DNA of 64,000 bases, taken from NCBI GenBank assembly GCA_040384705.1, contig JAZKIU010000001.1, positions 89,907 to 153,906 on the forward strand, in the 5' to 3' direction. How positions within the stretch are numbered: the first letter of the stretch is position 1; every line of letters begins with the position of its first letter. Below, one piece after another: positions 9,733 to 18,917 of the stretch. The notes beneath the pieces are model-generated. The model was not told the origin of the DNA and did not search any database. It saw nothing but the letters and a program-made list of their open reading frames with translations. The position numbers and the translations under genes were made by a program. This stretch comes from Patescibacteria group bacterium. Its GTDB lineage: Bacteria; Patescibacteriota; Minisyncoccia; Phycocordibacterales; Phycocordibacteraceae.

Positions 9733-9797
9733 ACGGGAAGTATAGCGGGGAAGCTTGGCAAAAGAAAAGACCCGCTTGGGGGCGGGTCCTTTCTTGG

Positions 9798-10319
9798 CTA
9801 CGCTTTCTTCTGCGTATACAGTTCGCACGCTCGGTCGAATGCAGCTTGCGCAGCATCCTTTCCTTCGAACTCCCCGACTTCTACTTCCTTCTTCTGTATC
9901 TGCTTATAGGTAGCGAAGAAGTGAGCTATCTCCTTAAGGGTGTGAGCATTCACGTCCTTAAGGTCCTTCACCTCCGCGAAGCGAGGATCGTCAGAAGGGA
10001 CCGCGATGACCTTCTCATCGGCTTCGCCGCCGTCCACCATGTGCATGATGCCGACCGGGCGCGCGCGTACGAGGATCCCGGGCGCGAGCGGGTACGTGGT
10101 GAGGACCACTACATCGAGTGCATCGCCATCGTCCCAGAGCGTCTGCGGCACGAAGCCGTAGTCGAAGGGGTAGTCCTGGGCGCTGTGCATTACGCGGTCG
10201 AGCGCGATAATTCCAGTCTCCTTATCTATTTCGTACTTGTTCTTCGAGCCTTTCGGTATCTCGATGATGACGTTCATCTCGTCCTTGGTCCCTGGTGCTA
10301 TGTCGTGAAGAAGGTTCAT
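9798..10319 (-). CDS. ppa: Inorganic pyrophosphatase
   Basis: Family I PPase motifs (EIPKGSKNKYEIDKETG, DGDALDVVVL); 173 aa. Confidence 0.9.
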   Translation of the reverse strand: MNLLHDIAPGTKDEMNVIIEIPKGSKNKYEIDKETGIIALDRVMHSAQDYPFDYGFVPQTLWDDGDALDVVVLTTYPLAPGILVRARPVGIMHMVDGGEADEKVIAVPSDDPRFAEVKDLKDVNAHTLKEIAHFFATYKQIQKKEVEVGEFEGKDAAQAAFDRACELYTQKKA

Positions 10320-10342
10320 ATAGCGGAGATTATATAGGACGA

Positions 10343-11764
10343 TTACGCTTCGTCGCGGGACTCTTTCGCGTCCACGACCGATTCGTTCTCATCGGTGCGC
10401 GCCGTCTCCTGCTCTGCGGTGAGTATCCCTGGATCCTCGCTCGCGTCCTCCTCGCTCGTGATGACGGAGTCGCTCTCGTTCGGAGCGATGCCCGCTTCTA
10501 TCGATGGGCTCTGCTCGGTACCTGCTTCCGACGCCTCTATCTCGGCCTCAGCCTTGATGGTGGAGTCGTTAGACGCCTTCTTGTCGAAGGATATCTCGTC
10601 GCTTGCTGCGCCGCCGACGCTCGTACCGCCCGTGGACTCGATATCGAGGTTCCAACCGGTGAGCTTAGCTGCGAGGCGAACGTTCTGGCCGCCGCGACCT
10701 ATCGCGAGTGACTGCTGGTCCTCCGAAACGGTGACCTTGGCGCGGTGATTCACTTCATCGAGCTCTACGCTCATGACGGTGGCCGGCGAAAGCGATTCCT
10801 TGATGAAGGCCGACTGGTCTTCCGACCATTCGATGATGTCGATACGCTCGCCACCGAGCTCGCTCATGACGGTCGAGACGCGTACGCCGCGCTGGCCCAC
10901 GAGGGAGCCGACCGGGTCGACGTGGGAATCCACCGAGGAGATGGCTATCTTCGTGCGGGAGCCAGGCTCGCGCGCGACGCCTTTCACCTCGATAGAGCCT
11001 GCAGCGAGTTCCGGAGCCTCCATCTCGAAGAGACGGATGAGGAAGCGAGGGTGGCTGCGGGAAAGGCGGAGGTATACGCCACGGAACCCTTCATCGACTG
11101 CGTAGAGGTACGCACGGATGCGCTCTCCTGGGCGATATCGTTCGCCAGGAATCTGCTCCTCGTACGGGATGATGCCGGTCGCGCGCCCGAGGTCGATGAA
11201 TATCGCGCCGCGCTCGATGCGCTGCACGACACCCGACACGATCTCGCCCTTCTTGTGGGCGAATTCGTCGAGGATGGAGAGCTTCTCGGCCTCGCGGATC
11301 TTCTGGATGACGACCTGCTTGGCGGTCTGGGCCGCGATACGGCCAAAGTCATCCTGGGGCTCGAGCGGGAAGATTATCTCCTCGCCAAGCGCTACGCCGC
11401 GCTTGATGCGCATCGCGTCCTCAATGAGGATGTGCTTCTCGGCGTCGTAGCGGGGGAGTTCGCCCTCGGCGACTTCCTCCTCACGGTCGTGGGCAGGGTG
11501 GCCCACCGGGTGCTCGACTACTTCCTCCTCGCCTTCGACGGGGAAACGGACCATGGTGTCGTCCACAACGGTCTTCACCTGCTCGAAGGAGACGGTGCCC
11601 GTATTCATATCGAGCTTGCCGCGTACCACCTGGCCGCGCTTCCCGTATTCCTTCTTATATGCGGTGGCCATCGCGCTTTCGATAGCGTCGACCATCGTTT
11701 CCTTCGTGATACCGCGTTCCTCGAACTCCACGAGCACCGAATTGATTGTTTTGAGATCCAACAT
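10343..11764 (-). CDS. nusA: Transcription termination/antitermination factor NusA with acidic C-terminal tail
   Basis: NusA N-terminal domain, S1 and KH domains (MLDLKTINSVLVEFEERGITKE...); listed ORF extends spuriously upstream, true ATG at 11762-11764. Confidence 0.9.
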   Translation of the reverse strand: MLDLKTINSVLVEFEERGITKETMVDAIESAMATAYKKEYGKRGQVVRGKLDMNTGTVSFEQVKTVVDDTMVRFPVEGEEEVVEHPVGHPAHDREEEVAEGELPRYDAEKHILIEDAMRIKRGVALGEEIIFPLEPQDDFGRIAAQTAKQVVIQKIREAEKLSILDEFAHKKGEIVSGVVQRIERGAIFIDLGRATGIIPYEEQIPGERYRPGERIRAYLYAVDEGFRGVYLRLSRSHPRFLIRLFEMEAPELAAGSIEVKGVAREPGSRTKIAISSVDSHVDPVGSLVGQRGVRVSTVMSELGGERIDIIEWSEDQSAFIKESLSPATVMSVELDEVNHRAKVTVSEDQQSLAIGRGGQNVRLAAKLTGWNLDIESTGGTSVGGAASDEISFDKKASNDSTIKAEAEIEASEAGTEQSPSIEAGIAPNESDSVITSEEDASEDPGILTAEQETARTDENESVVDAKESRDEA

Positions 11765-11869
11765 AAGCCTTCCTCTATTTAGTTGTATGCACGTATGTAA
11801 TTGTAGCCCCTTAAAAAGAAATGCCCGCGGGTGCGGACAATTCAGATAGGTAGAACATACCATATATAG

Positions 11870-12421
11870 GTGCGTTGCGTCAATGGTGTGGAAAGGGTAG
11901 GGTGGACGCGGAAAGGGAGGAATCACATGGTTCATGACATGAGCCGTCCTGGTACCGACGAAGAGATCCTCGGCATCATCGAAAGTCAGGCGTACCGTCG
12001 GTGGACCATAGCGGGGTACCGATACTGGGATCTGCAGCTTAATCCATCCGATCAAATGCTCCTCGGCCGCTCATATGCTTGGCTGAGGAATCGTCACATT
12101 GACCGCATGAGCATGAGTGATCTCGGAAAAGCCGAACTAGAAGAGCTGATTTTCACGGTGCTCCCTGCTTTTGCAGGCGCCGTGAAGCGAATCTGGCCGG
12201 TGACGAACGTGAATTTCGAGTGGCTTGGGAATTCAACGGACCATCACCGAGGTCACGGGCATGCCCACCTCATTCCGCGTCTCAGCCGCTCTGTCGAGTT
12301 CATGGGACATATGTTCATGGATGCTGAGCCGCAGAAGCGCCGCCCGGCTGGTCGGCTCGAGCTTGATGATGAGGTCCTCGAACAGATCCGATACGTCATT
12401 AAAGCCGAGCTCGAACGGTGA
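11870..12421 (+). CDS. HIT-like hydrolase family protein (histidine triad HHRGHGHAHLIP)
   Basis: H-x-H-x-H-x-x hydrophobic motif near C-terminus; start uncertain (alternative ATG at 11927). Confidence 0.5.
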   Translation: MRCVNGVERVGWTRKGRNHMVHDMSRPGTDEEILGIIESQAYRRWTIAGYRYWDLQLNPSDQMLLGRSYAWLRNRHIDRMSMSDLGKAELEELIFTVLPAFAGAVKRIWPVTNVNFEWLGNSTDHHRGHGHAHLIPRLSRSVEFMGHMFMDAEPQKRRPAGRLELDDEVLEQIRYVIKAELER

Positions 12422-12443
12422 GTTTCCACTTACGAAGATTATT

Positions 12444-12480
12444 GCGCGCCGCGATTCACCTCGCGGCGCGTTATACTTTT
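12444..12480 (+). terminator. Rho-independent terminator
   Basis: GCGCGCCGCGA-ttcacc-TCGCGGCGCG followed by TTATACTTTT. Confidence 0.55.
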
Positions 12481-12494
12481 ACTACTCAACAGCT

Positions 12495-14249
12495 ATGCAA
12501 GTATCAGAAAGCGAATTGAAAGAGTTCATCCTTGACTCCGGCCTTGTCGCGCGCAAGGACGTCGAGGACGCGGATAACGAGGCGAAGGAGAAGAAGCAAT
12601 CCGTCGGCGATATCCTCGTGTCCCGCGGCACGCTCTCACAAGATGCGCTCCGTCGCATCAAGGCCTATGTGCTCGGCATCCCGTTCGTGAACCTGAAGGA
12701 TAGGAAGATACCGCTCGAGGTGCTCTCCCTCATCCCAGAGCCTATCGCGCGCACCCACTCCATCATCGCGTTCCGCAAGAACGGCGGAGACCTCGAGGTC
12801 GCCATGCTCGATACGGAGGACCTCATCTCCATCGATTCCGTTCGGAAGAAGACCGGGCTCAAGATACTCCCGCGTCTCACCGACGATGAGTCGCTCAAGT
12901 TCGTGCTCCTGCAGTACCAGAAGTCCCTCAAGGAGGAGTTCGGCGACCTTATCTCCACCGAAGCGGGACGCCTTAACCTTATTAAGGAGGGAGGAGACGA
13001 CGAAGCGTCGGGTGAGGACCTCAAGAAGATGGCGGAGGACCTGCCTATCGTGCGTATCGTGGACACACTCCTGCGTCACGCCATCATTCAGAGCGCATCC
13101 GATATCCATATAGAGCACTCCGAGACGGAAGTGCTGGTCCGGTATCGCATCGACGGCATATTGCACGACGCGATGACGCTGCCGCGCAATGCGGCTCCGG
13201 GTATCGTCGCGCGCATCAAGGTGCTGGCCAACCTCAAACTCGACGAGAAGCGTCTCCCGCAGGACGGACGCTTCAAGATGGAGGCGGAGGCCGAAGCGGT
13301 CTCATTCCGCGTCTCGCTCCTCCCAACCTATTACGGCGAGAAGATAGTCATGCGTCTCCTTCGTGAGACGGGAGGGGAAGGCTTCACGCTCGACGTGCTC
13401 GGTTTCCACGGCGAGACGATGGAGAACATCCATAAGGCGACGAAGTCCACGACCGGCATCATCCTCGTGTCGGGGCCGACCGGCTCGGGTAAGACGACGA
13501 CGCTGTACACCATCCTCGATATCCTGAACACGCCGGACGTGAACATCTCGACCATCGAGGACCCTATCGAGTACCAGATGAAGCGCGTGAACCAGACGCA
13601 GGTGAATCCGGGCATCGGATTCACGTTCGCGAACGGGCTCCGCTCCCTCGTGCGCCAGGACCCGGACATCATCATGGTGGGAGAGATCCGTGACGGTGAG
13701 ACGGCCGCGCTCGCTATCAATGCGGCGCTCACCGGCCACCTCGTGCTCTCCACCATTCACACGAACTCAGCTGCAGGCGCTATACCGCGTCTCATCGATA
13801 TGGGTGTCGAGCCGTTCCTCCTCGTTTCCACGCTCCGTGTCATCGTCGGCCAGCGCCTCGTGCGCAAGCTCTGCGAAGGGAAGGAGCAGTACGCGCTCGA
13901 TGCGGAGGAGCGCGCGAAGGTGGCGCACGATGATAAGTTCGAGGCAGCGCTCAACTCTCTTAAGGAAGAGAAATTGATTAAGGCGGGCGTGAAGATAGAC
14001 GAGCTTCCGTTCTATAAGCCGGTACCGAGTAGTGAGTGCGAGGAAGGATACAAGAGTCGTATCGGCATACACGAGATACTCTCTGTTTCCTCATCCATTC
14101 GCGAGCTTATTTTGCATAGCGCGACATCCGAAGCGATAGAGGAGCAAGCGAGAAAAGAGGGCATGCTCACGATGCTCGAGGACGGTCTATATAAGTCAGC
14201 AAGGGGAATTACCTCTATCGAGGAGGTGCTGAGGGCGGTCACGGAATAG
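12495..14249 (+). CDS. pilB: Type IV pilus assembly ATPase PilB (GspE family)
   Basis: GSPII_E N-terminal domains plus Walker A VSGPTGSGKTTTLYTIL and His/Asp boxes; the real start MQVSESELKEF lies inside the listed 674 aa ORF. Confidence 0.9.
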   Translation: MQVSESELKEFILDSGLVARKDVEDADNEAKEKKQSVGDILVSRGTLSQDALRRIKAYVLGIPFVNLKDRKIPLEVLSLIPEPIARTHSIIAFRKNGGDLEVAMLDTEDLISIDSVRKKTGLKILPRLTDDESLKFVLLQYQKSLKEEFGDLISTEAGRLNLIKEGGDDEASGEDLKKMAEDLPIVRIVDTLLRHAIIQSASDIHIEHSETEVLVRYRIDGILHDAMTLPRNAAPGIVARIKVLANLKLDEKRLPQDGRFKMEAEAEAVSFRVSLLPTYYGEKIVMRLLRETGGEGFTLDVLGFHGETMENIHKATKSTTGIILVSGPTGSGKTTTLYTILDILNTPDVNISTIEDPIEYQMKRVNQTQVNPGIGFTFANGLRSLVRQDPDIIMVGEIRDGETAALAINAALTGHLVLSTIHTNSAAGAIPRLIDMGVEPFLLVSTLRVIVGQRLVRKLCEGKEQYALDAEERAKVAHDDKFEAALNSLKEEKLIKAGVKIDELPFYKPVPSSECEEGYKSRIGIHEILSVSSSIRELILHSATSEAIEEQARKEGMLTMLEDGLYKSARGITSIEEVLRAVTE

Positions 14250-14339
14250 CTCGTTGCGGTTTGCCGGGGCGGTGATATAACTGCGAAGAGCTGCGTATGA
14301 ACTCCGAAGAACCGGAGAAGCGCAGCCGGAGGAAACGCA

Positions 14340-14690
14340 ATGGGTCGTTTCTTTGTTGGTAACGGTTGGGCAATGTTGGTCGGAGTCGCTCTCGGCCTCG
14401 TCCTGCAGATGTCCGGCGTGGTGAATGGCTCCCTGTGGAGCTGGATGGCTGGAAGTCTCGTGGCGACCATCGTCATGGCCGCGATCGGGCACGGTTCCAG
14501 CTTCTTCGACGGGGTGCTGGCCTGGTTCGTCCTGGTCGTCTTCGTCCTTGCCGCCGTGTTCGCGCAGGCGATGGGCCAGACCGCCTCGGTCTATGACCTG
14601 TTCGCTGGCATGTCCATCGGTCTCGCCGCGCTCCTTCTCGTGAGCCTGGCGCGCCGGTTGCGCGGCGGCGGGCGAGCGGCGCGCGCCTAA
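14340..14690 (+). CDS. Hypothetical small multi-TM membrane protein
   Basis: 116 aa, 3-4 predicted TM helices, very high local GC, own terminator at 14700-14745; located between pilB and pilC. Confidence 0.4.
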   Translation: MGRFFVGNGWAMLVGVALGLVLQMSGVVNGSLWSWMAGSLVATIVMAAIGHGSSFFDGVLAWFVLVVFVLAAVFAQAMGQTASVYDLFAGMSIGLAALLLVSLARRLRGGGRAARA

Positions 14691-14699
14691 GTGCGCACG

Positions 14700-14745
14700 G
14701 GCCCGGGAATCTTCGCGAGAAGAAACCCGGGCCCGAAGTCTTTTG
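14700..14745 (+). terminator. Rho-independent terminator (compound hairpin)
   Basis: GGGCCCGGG...CCCGGGCCC with inner TCTTC-GCGA-GAAGA hairpin, then GAAGTCTTTTGC. Confidence 0.5.
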
Positions 14746-14762
14746 CATGCTAGAATTTTTTC

Positions 14763-15980
14763 ATGAAATATCGCGTCACGCTCAAGCGTGAGGATGGAAC
14801 TGAAGAGAAGCGAACCATGGAAGCGGCATCGCGTTTCGCGGTGTATGCGGATGCGGAGAAGGAAGGGCTGGCCGTGATCGCAGTACAAGAAGGCGGAGGG
14901 GGAACCTTCTCGCTTTCGCGTCTCTCAAGCATCCAGATAGGGAGCGGGGTGAAGATGGACGAACGCATCACGTTCACCAAGAACCTTTCTGCCATGCTCA
15001 CCGCCGGCCTCTCGCTTTCACGTGCACTCTCCGTCATCGAGCGGCAGACCACCAATAAGGCGCTGAAGCGTATCGTCGTGGACCTTTCCGAGAAGGTGAA
15101 GACGGGACAGGCGTTCCATGAGGCGCTCGCATTCCATCGCAATATCTTCTCCGACCTCTTCATTGCAATGACGAAGGCAGGCGAGGAGTCGGGAACGCTC
15201 GCCGAGGCGCTCAAGGTGGTGGCCAAGCAGATGGATAGGTCGAACTCTTTGAATAAGAAGGTGAAGGGCGCGATGATCTATCCTTCCATCATTCTCGTCG
15301 CGGTCGTGCTCATCGGTATCCTCATGCTCATCTACGTGGTGCCGACGCTATCGAACACGTTCCGTGAGCTCGGCGTCGAGCTTCCCGCTGCCACCAAGAT
15401 GGTCATCGGTGCGTCCGACTTCATGGCGAATAATCCAGTGCTCGTGCTCGTACTGTTCGCGCTCGTCGTCATTGGGTTCGTGCTCTTCACCAAGACGAAG
15501 GTGGGAGGAAGCATAGTCGTCGCGGTAGCGCTCCGTGTTCCCATCATCGGGGAGCTGGTGAAGGAGACGTATAGCGCGCGCGCCGCACGGGCCCTCTCCT
15601 CGCTGCTGTCGTCCGGGGTCGAGATGCTCTCGGCGCTCTCCATAGCGGCAGAAGTCGTAGGTGAGAAGAAGTTCAGCAAGGTCATCACCGAAGCGGAAGC
15701 GCGCGTGCGCAAGGGCGAGACGCTCTCCGCTACCTTCAGTGACTATCCGAAGCTGTATCCGGTGTTCATCGCCGACATGATAGCGGTGGGGGAGGAGACG
15801 GGTAAGGTGGCGGACATGCTCGGTCAGGTCGCCGAATACTACGAGACCGACGTCGAGGACCGCACCAAGGACCTCTCCACCATCATCGAACCTATCCTCA
15901 TGCTCTTCATCGGCGGGGTCGTGGGCGTATTCGCGCTCTCGATGATATCCCCTATCTACTCGCTTTCGGATAAGATCTAG
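14763..15980 (+). CDS. pilC: Type IV pilus assembly inner-membrane platform protein PilC (GspF family)
   Basis: Two T2SSF repeats, three TM segments, 405 aa. Confidence 0.9.
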   Translation: MKYRVTLKREDGTEEKRTMEAASRFAVYADAEKEGLAVIAVQEGGGGTFSLSRLSSIQIGSGVKMDERITFTKNLSAMLTAGLSLSRALSVIERQTTNKALKRIVVDLSEKVKTGQAFHEALAFHRNIFSDLFIAMTKAGEESGTLAEALKVVAKQMDRSNSLNKKVKGAMIYPSIILVAVVLIGILMLIYVVPTLSNTFRELGVELPAATKMVIGASDFMANNPVLVLVLFALVVIGFVLFTKTKVGGSIVVAVALRVPIIGELVKETYSARAARALSSLLSSGVEMLSALSIAAEVVGEKKFSKVITEAEARVRKGETLSATFSDYPKLYPVFIADMIAVGEETGKVADMLGQVAEYYETDVEDRTKDLSTIIEPILMLFIGGVVGVFALSMISPIYSLSDKI

Positions 15981-16069
15981 GTTCGATACCTAGTCTGCCA
16001 GCACGTTCATCAGGTGCACAAAGCGCAGTCTCGACAAAGTCGCAGCTCAGTCAGCCCTTAGTTACCGCG

Positions 16070-16951
16070 CTAAATACGTGGCCATTGCTTAGTTTGGAGA
16101 TATTTCTCGTGCGCGCGGTCGGTCAGTAAAATCCGGGCGCGCAAATCCGCAAGCTCAGGCAATTGCTTGGATGCGTCGTCAGCTCCATCGAGGAAGTTCA
16201 GAAAATCCTCGACGGCATCGATGCTGTAGAGGCTGAGGGCAGATAAGATCTGTGGTCGGGGGTACTTCCAATCAACAGCTGGCGTGAAGCCGTCGGCTCC
16301 GTCCCATTCCAAGTGGTTACCGTACAGTTCCTGCCAATTGCCATGGACGCCATGGCTGCCGCCACCAAACATCGCCAAGTAGGCCATATCAAGATCCAAC
16401 ACTTCGCACTTCTCTCGAATATTTTTACCGCCCCACGGCTTTCGGTCCTGAAGATCGATTTCCGCTAAAGTAATTCCGGATGCTGCGAATGAACGATCGA
16501 TGGACTTCAGCATTCGCTCCTCGATGGGTAATCTCACATCGCCCCGGTCTGATATGTTTGCCATGATCCTTTCATGCAGGCGTCGCTCGTGCCGAAGTGA
16601 GTACCTGATGTAGGAGCGTATGAGATCCGGATTGAACTCCCGGATTAGAAAACGAATGTTGACGATAGTCTCGAAGGTGAGACGCGACATAATGAAAGCG
16701 ATTTCCCCTCGTCTTTGGCAAGTTTGATCCAAAACGGCGTGAAGTAGCTTAGAGAGCCTCACAATGTTCCCGCCAACCGCGGCTTGATCGCGAGACCACT
16801 TTCCTGACGCGTCAGTAGCGTTGGCTGCAATAACAACCCATGACGCGGCTTCAACCATTAGGTCAACAAAGACACTCATGAATTCGTCTTCTCGCGTAAA
16901 TGATGCGAGTTGCTCGGCGCTTACTTCTGTACGGATGATTTGATCTCCCAT
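16070..16951 (-). CDS. Hypothetical protein (unknown function; R-x4-6-H motifs RYSLRHERRLHER)
   Basis: 293 aa ORF with protein-like composition in a lower-GC island; no domain recognised by eye. Confidence 0.6.
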   Translation of the reverse strand: MGDQIIRTEVSAEQLASFTREDEFMSVFVDLMVEAASWVVIAANATDASGKWSRDQAAVGGNIVRLSKLLHAVLDQTCQRRGEIAFIMSRLTFETIVNIRFLIREFNPDLIRSYIRYSLRHERRLHERIMANISDRGDVRLPIEERMLKSIDRSFAASGITLAEIDLQDRKPWGGKNIREKCEVLDLDMAYLAMFGGGSHGVHGNWQELYGNHLEWDGADGFTPAVDWKYPRPQILSALSLYSIDAVEDFLNFLDGADDASKQLPELADLRARILLTDRAHEKYLQTKQWPRI

Positions 16952-16958
16952 GTGTTCT

Positions 16959-17294
16959 CTAGGATAAACCCATCAACCCTTCCTCCTCAGACGTTAGGGA
17001 TGATAGGGAGGTTGGAAATGTGTCGGGTTTAGCCAGCTTCGCGTCCAATGCCTCTCCCCGCCGCTTAATCTCGCGCATCAGCCATACGAACTCCTGACCC
17101 TCAGAGGTCTGTAGCTCGCACGCGAAGCCTATCAACGCCTCCTCGACCTCCTGCCGCTTTGCGGGAGAGAGTTCATCCAAAGTATCCGTCATATCCGCTT
17201 TGTATAGCGCAGGTAGAGCTATTGCGCGAACCGAGCAGTCTTCGTGGTCATGGGTGCTGCAAAAGGTGCGAACGTCCCCGCGTAGCCCCAGCAC
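16959..17294 (-). CDS. Hypothetical protein, upstream partner of the 293 aa gene
   Basis: 111 aa ORF ending 8 nt before the next gene on the same strand, consistent with a 2-gene operon. Confidence 0.5.
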   Translation of the reverse strand: MLGLRGDVRTFCSTHDHEDCSVRAIALPALYKADMTDTLDELSPAKRQEVEEALIGFACELQTSEGQEFVWLMREIKRRGEALDAKLAKPDTFPTSLSSLTSEEEGLMGLS

Positions 17295-17357
17295 GTTTTA
17301 AAATATAGATCGTACGACAGACCAGATTGATACTTTGGAACTTATAACCAAGAGCCA

Positions 17358-17386
17358 TTGACATTGTAGTCGTATTCTGCTATTTT
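17358..17386 (+). promoter_or_regulatory. Sigma-70-like promoter (TTGACA-17-TATTTT)
   Basis: Perfect -35 TTGACA at 17358-17363, 17 nt spacer, -10 TATTTT at 17381-17386. Confidence 0.5.
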
Positions 17387-17392
17387 ACTGGA

Positions 17393-17457
17393 GTCGGACA
17401 CTTATCCCGATTGGGTCTTCGGACTCAGCCCCCGCTGTAAAACGCGGGGGTTTCTTT
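17393..17457 (+). ncRNA. Candidate small RNA (about 65 nt) defined by promoter and intrinsic terminator
   Basis: Predicted transcript GAGUCGGACACUUAUCCCGAUUGG-GUC-UUCG-GAC-UC followed by terminator CCCCCGC-ugtaaaac-GCGGGGG-UUUCUUU; no ORF. Confidence 0.3.
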
Positions 17458-17503
17458 ATATATAAAAGTTCCAACATCGTCCCAGGTGATCACAGAAGCG
17501 GCT

Positions 17504-17803
17504 CTATTGCAGGCTCCCTAGCGTGAGCACCACTACTGTTATCGCCCCGAACATCCCTAGTGTCTGCAAGAAATACGACACCGCTTCGGCCTTTTTGTTC
17601 TCTATGAGCCGCAGCGCCGGTTGATAGAAGAACAGGAACGCCATGACCGCTGCGGAGAATACGAACAACGAGATGAACCCCATGCCATCGAGCATGGTAT
17701 CAGGAGTATCGTGACGGATAGACTCGATAAACTGCATAAACAGCGCCACGGCACCGATATAGGCGGCTGCAGCGCCCGCATTCAGGAAAGGATTCCATTT
17801 CAT
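17504..17803 (-). CDS. Hypothetical small membrane protein (3 TM)
   Basis: 99 aa, three hydrophobic helices. Confidence 0.5.
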   Translation of the reverse strand: MKWNPFLNAGAAAAYIGAVALFMQFIESIRHDTPDTMLDGMGFISLFVFSAAVMAFLFFYQPALRLIENKKAEAVSYFLQTLGMFGAITVVVLTLGSLQ

Positions 17804-17881
17804 ATGGCTACTATAACGCTACGCACGCGGCTCTGGTTGCAACATCGTCCCCGACAGTAGTCGCGTTAGAATGAACGATAT

Positions 17882-18418
17882 ATGGCGGCATACGTTGCTC
17901 TCTTGCGCGGGATAGCTCCCACGAACCCGAACATGCGCAACGAGAAGTTACGCAAGACGTTCGAGAGTCTCGGCTTTACTCATGTGGAAACGGTCATTGC
18001 GAGCGGGAATGTCTTGTTCGAGACAAGATCCAAGAACATAAAGAAGTTAGAGCTCGATATCGAGAAGACCCTGCTGAAGCAGCTCGGGTTCACGAGTACG
18101 ACCATCATCCGTAGCAAGGAGGAGATAGCGTCTTTAATAAAGAAGAATCCATTCAAGGGTCTCGTGCACGGACCGAGCTCCAGCCTGAACATCACCTTCC
18201 TCAAGAGCGCGTCTCGTAAGAAGGTCGCTTTTCCCTATCACGCGCCGGGGTATCGTGTGCTCGGCTCATATGACCGTGCGCTCGCGAGCGTTGTCGACCT
18301 CACGGGAGCGAAGACGCCCGACCTCATGCGGTGGATGGAGAAAGGGTTCGGCAAGGAAATAACGACACGCACCTGGAAAACCGTTGAGCGTTTACACAAG
18401 AAACTCGCCGAATATTAG
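17882..18418 (+). CDS. DUF1697 family protein
   Basis: N-terminus MAAYVALLRGI...NVLFETRSKNIKKLELDIEKTL matches the conserved DUF1697 start (typically M..Y(I/V)ALLRGINVGG..). Confidence 0.65.
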   Translation: MAAYVALLRGIAPTNPNMRNEKLRKTFESLGFTHVETVIASGNVLFETRSKNIKKLELDIEKTLLKQLGFTSTTIIRSKEEIASLIKKNPFKGLVHGPSSSLNITFLKSASRKKVAFPYHAPGYRVLGSYDRALASVVDLTGAKTPDLMRWMEKGFGKEITTRTWKTVERLHKKLAEY

Positions 18419-18446
18419 TCAGAATGGCGCTGCTATACTTCACTCC

Positions 18447-18917
18447 ATGAGCGAAGGCCTTAATTTCGAGAGGGCACCAAGCAACGAAAACAGCGCGTAT
18501 GAGCCTGGAGCGGAGATGCTGGGCGAGCCAAGCCGCAGTTTCCAGGATTACTCCAATGGGTTTCTCGGGATGGATGGCCTGATAAAGCGCTCCCTCGAGA
18601 AGAAGTCGCTGAGCGAGGAGACTGCGGACGAAGAAACGTTCCGGAGCATCATCAATTCGATACGTGCGCGATACTCGGTCGAAACGGTCGAGGAATATCT
18701 CGAGCATCGCGAGGTGGGTAGCCCTGGCCGCGCAGAACTTGAGGGGGATATGAAGCGGTCGCCGGAACGGGTCGCTGCACTCGATCATGTAGTGGAAATC
18801 CTCAACACCACGGACGATGTAGGGGAATTCAAGCACGCGCTGAACGAAGCGTACCGCTTGAGTAGCGCTAGCTATAATTCTCCGGACCACTACCTCCCGT
18901 TTCCGCACACCGCATAA
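18447..18917 (+). CDS. Hypothetical protein
   Basis: Plus-frame ORF has protein-like composition whereas the overlapping minus-frame ORF is Arg-rich antisense-like; start uncertain. Confidence 0.35.
   Translation: MSEGLNFERAPSNENSAYEPGAEMLGEPSRSFQDYSNGFLGMDGLIKRSLEKKSLSEETADEETFRSIINSIRARYSVETVEEYLEHREVGSPGRAELEGDMKRSPERVAALDHVVEILNTTDDVGEFKHALNEAYRLSSASYNSPDHYLPFPHTA

Noticed and set aside
10343-12055. Long N-terminal extension of the nusA ORF
   Set aside because: NusA homology begins at MLDLKTINSV (ATG ending at 11764). The upstream 97 codons are non-conserved read-through of the promoter region.
14196-14888. 230 aa minus-strand ORF spanning the pilB/pilC intergenic region
   Set aside because: It overlaps the ends of pilB and pilC and the GC-rich small membrane-protein gene. 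Its R/H/D-rich composition is not protein-like.
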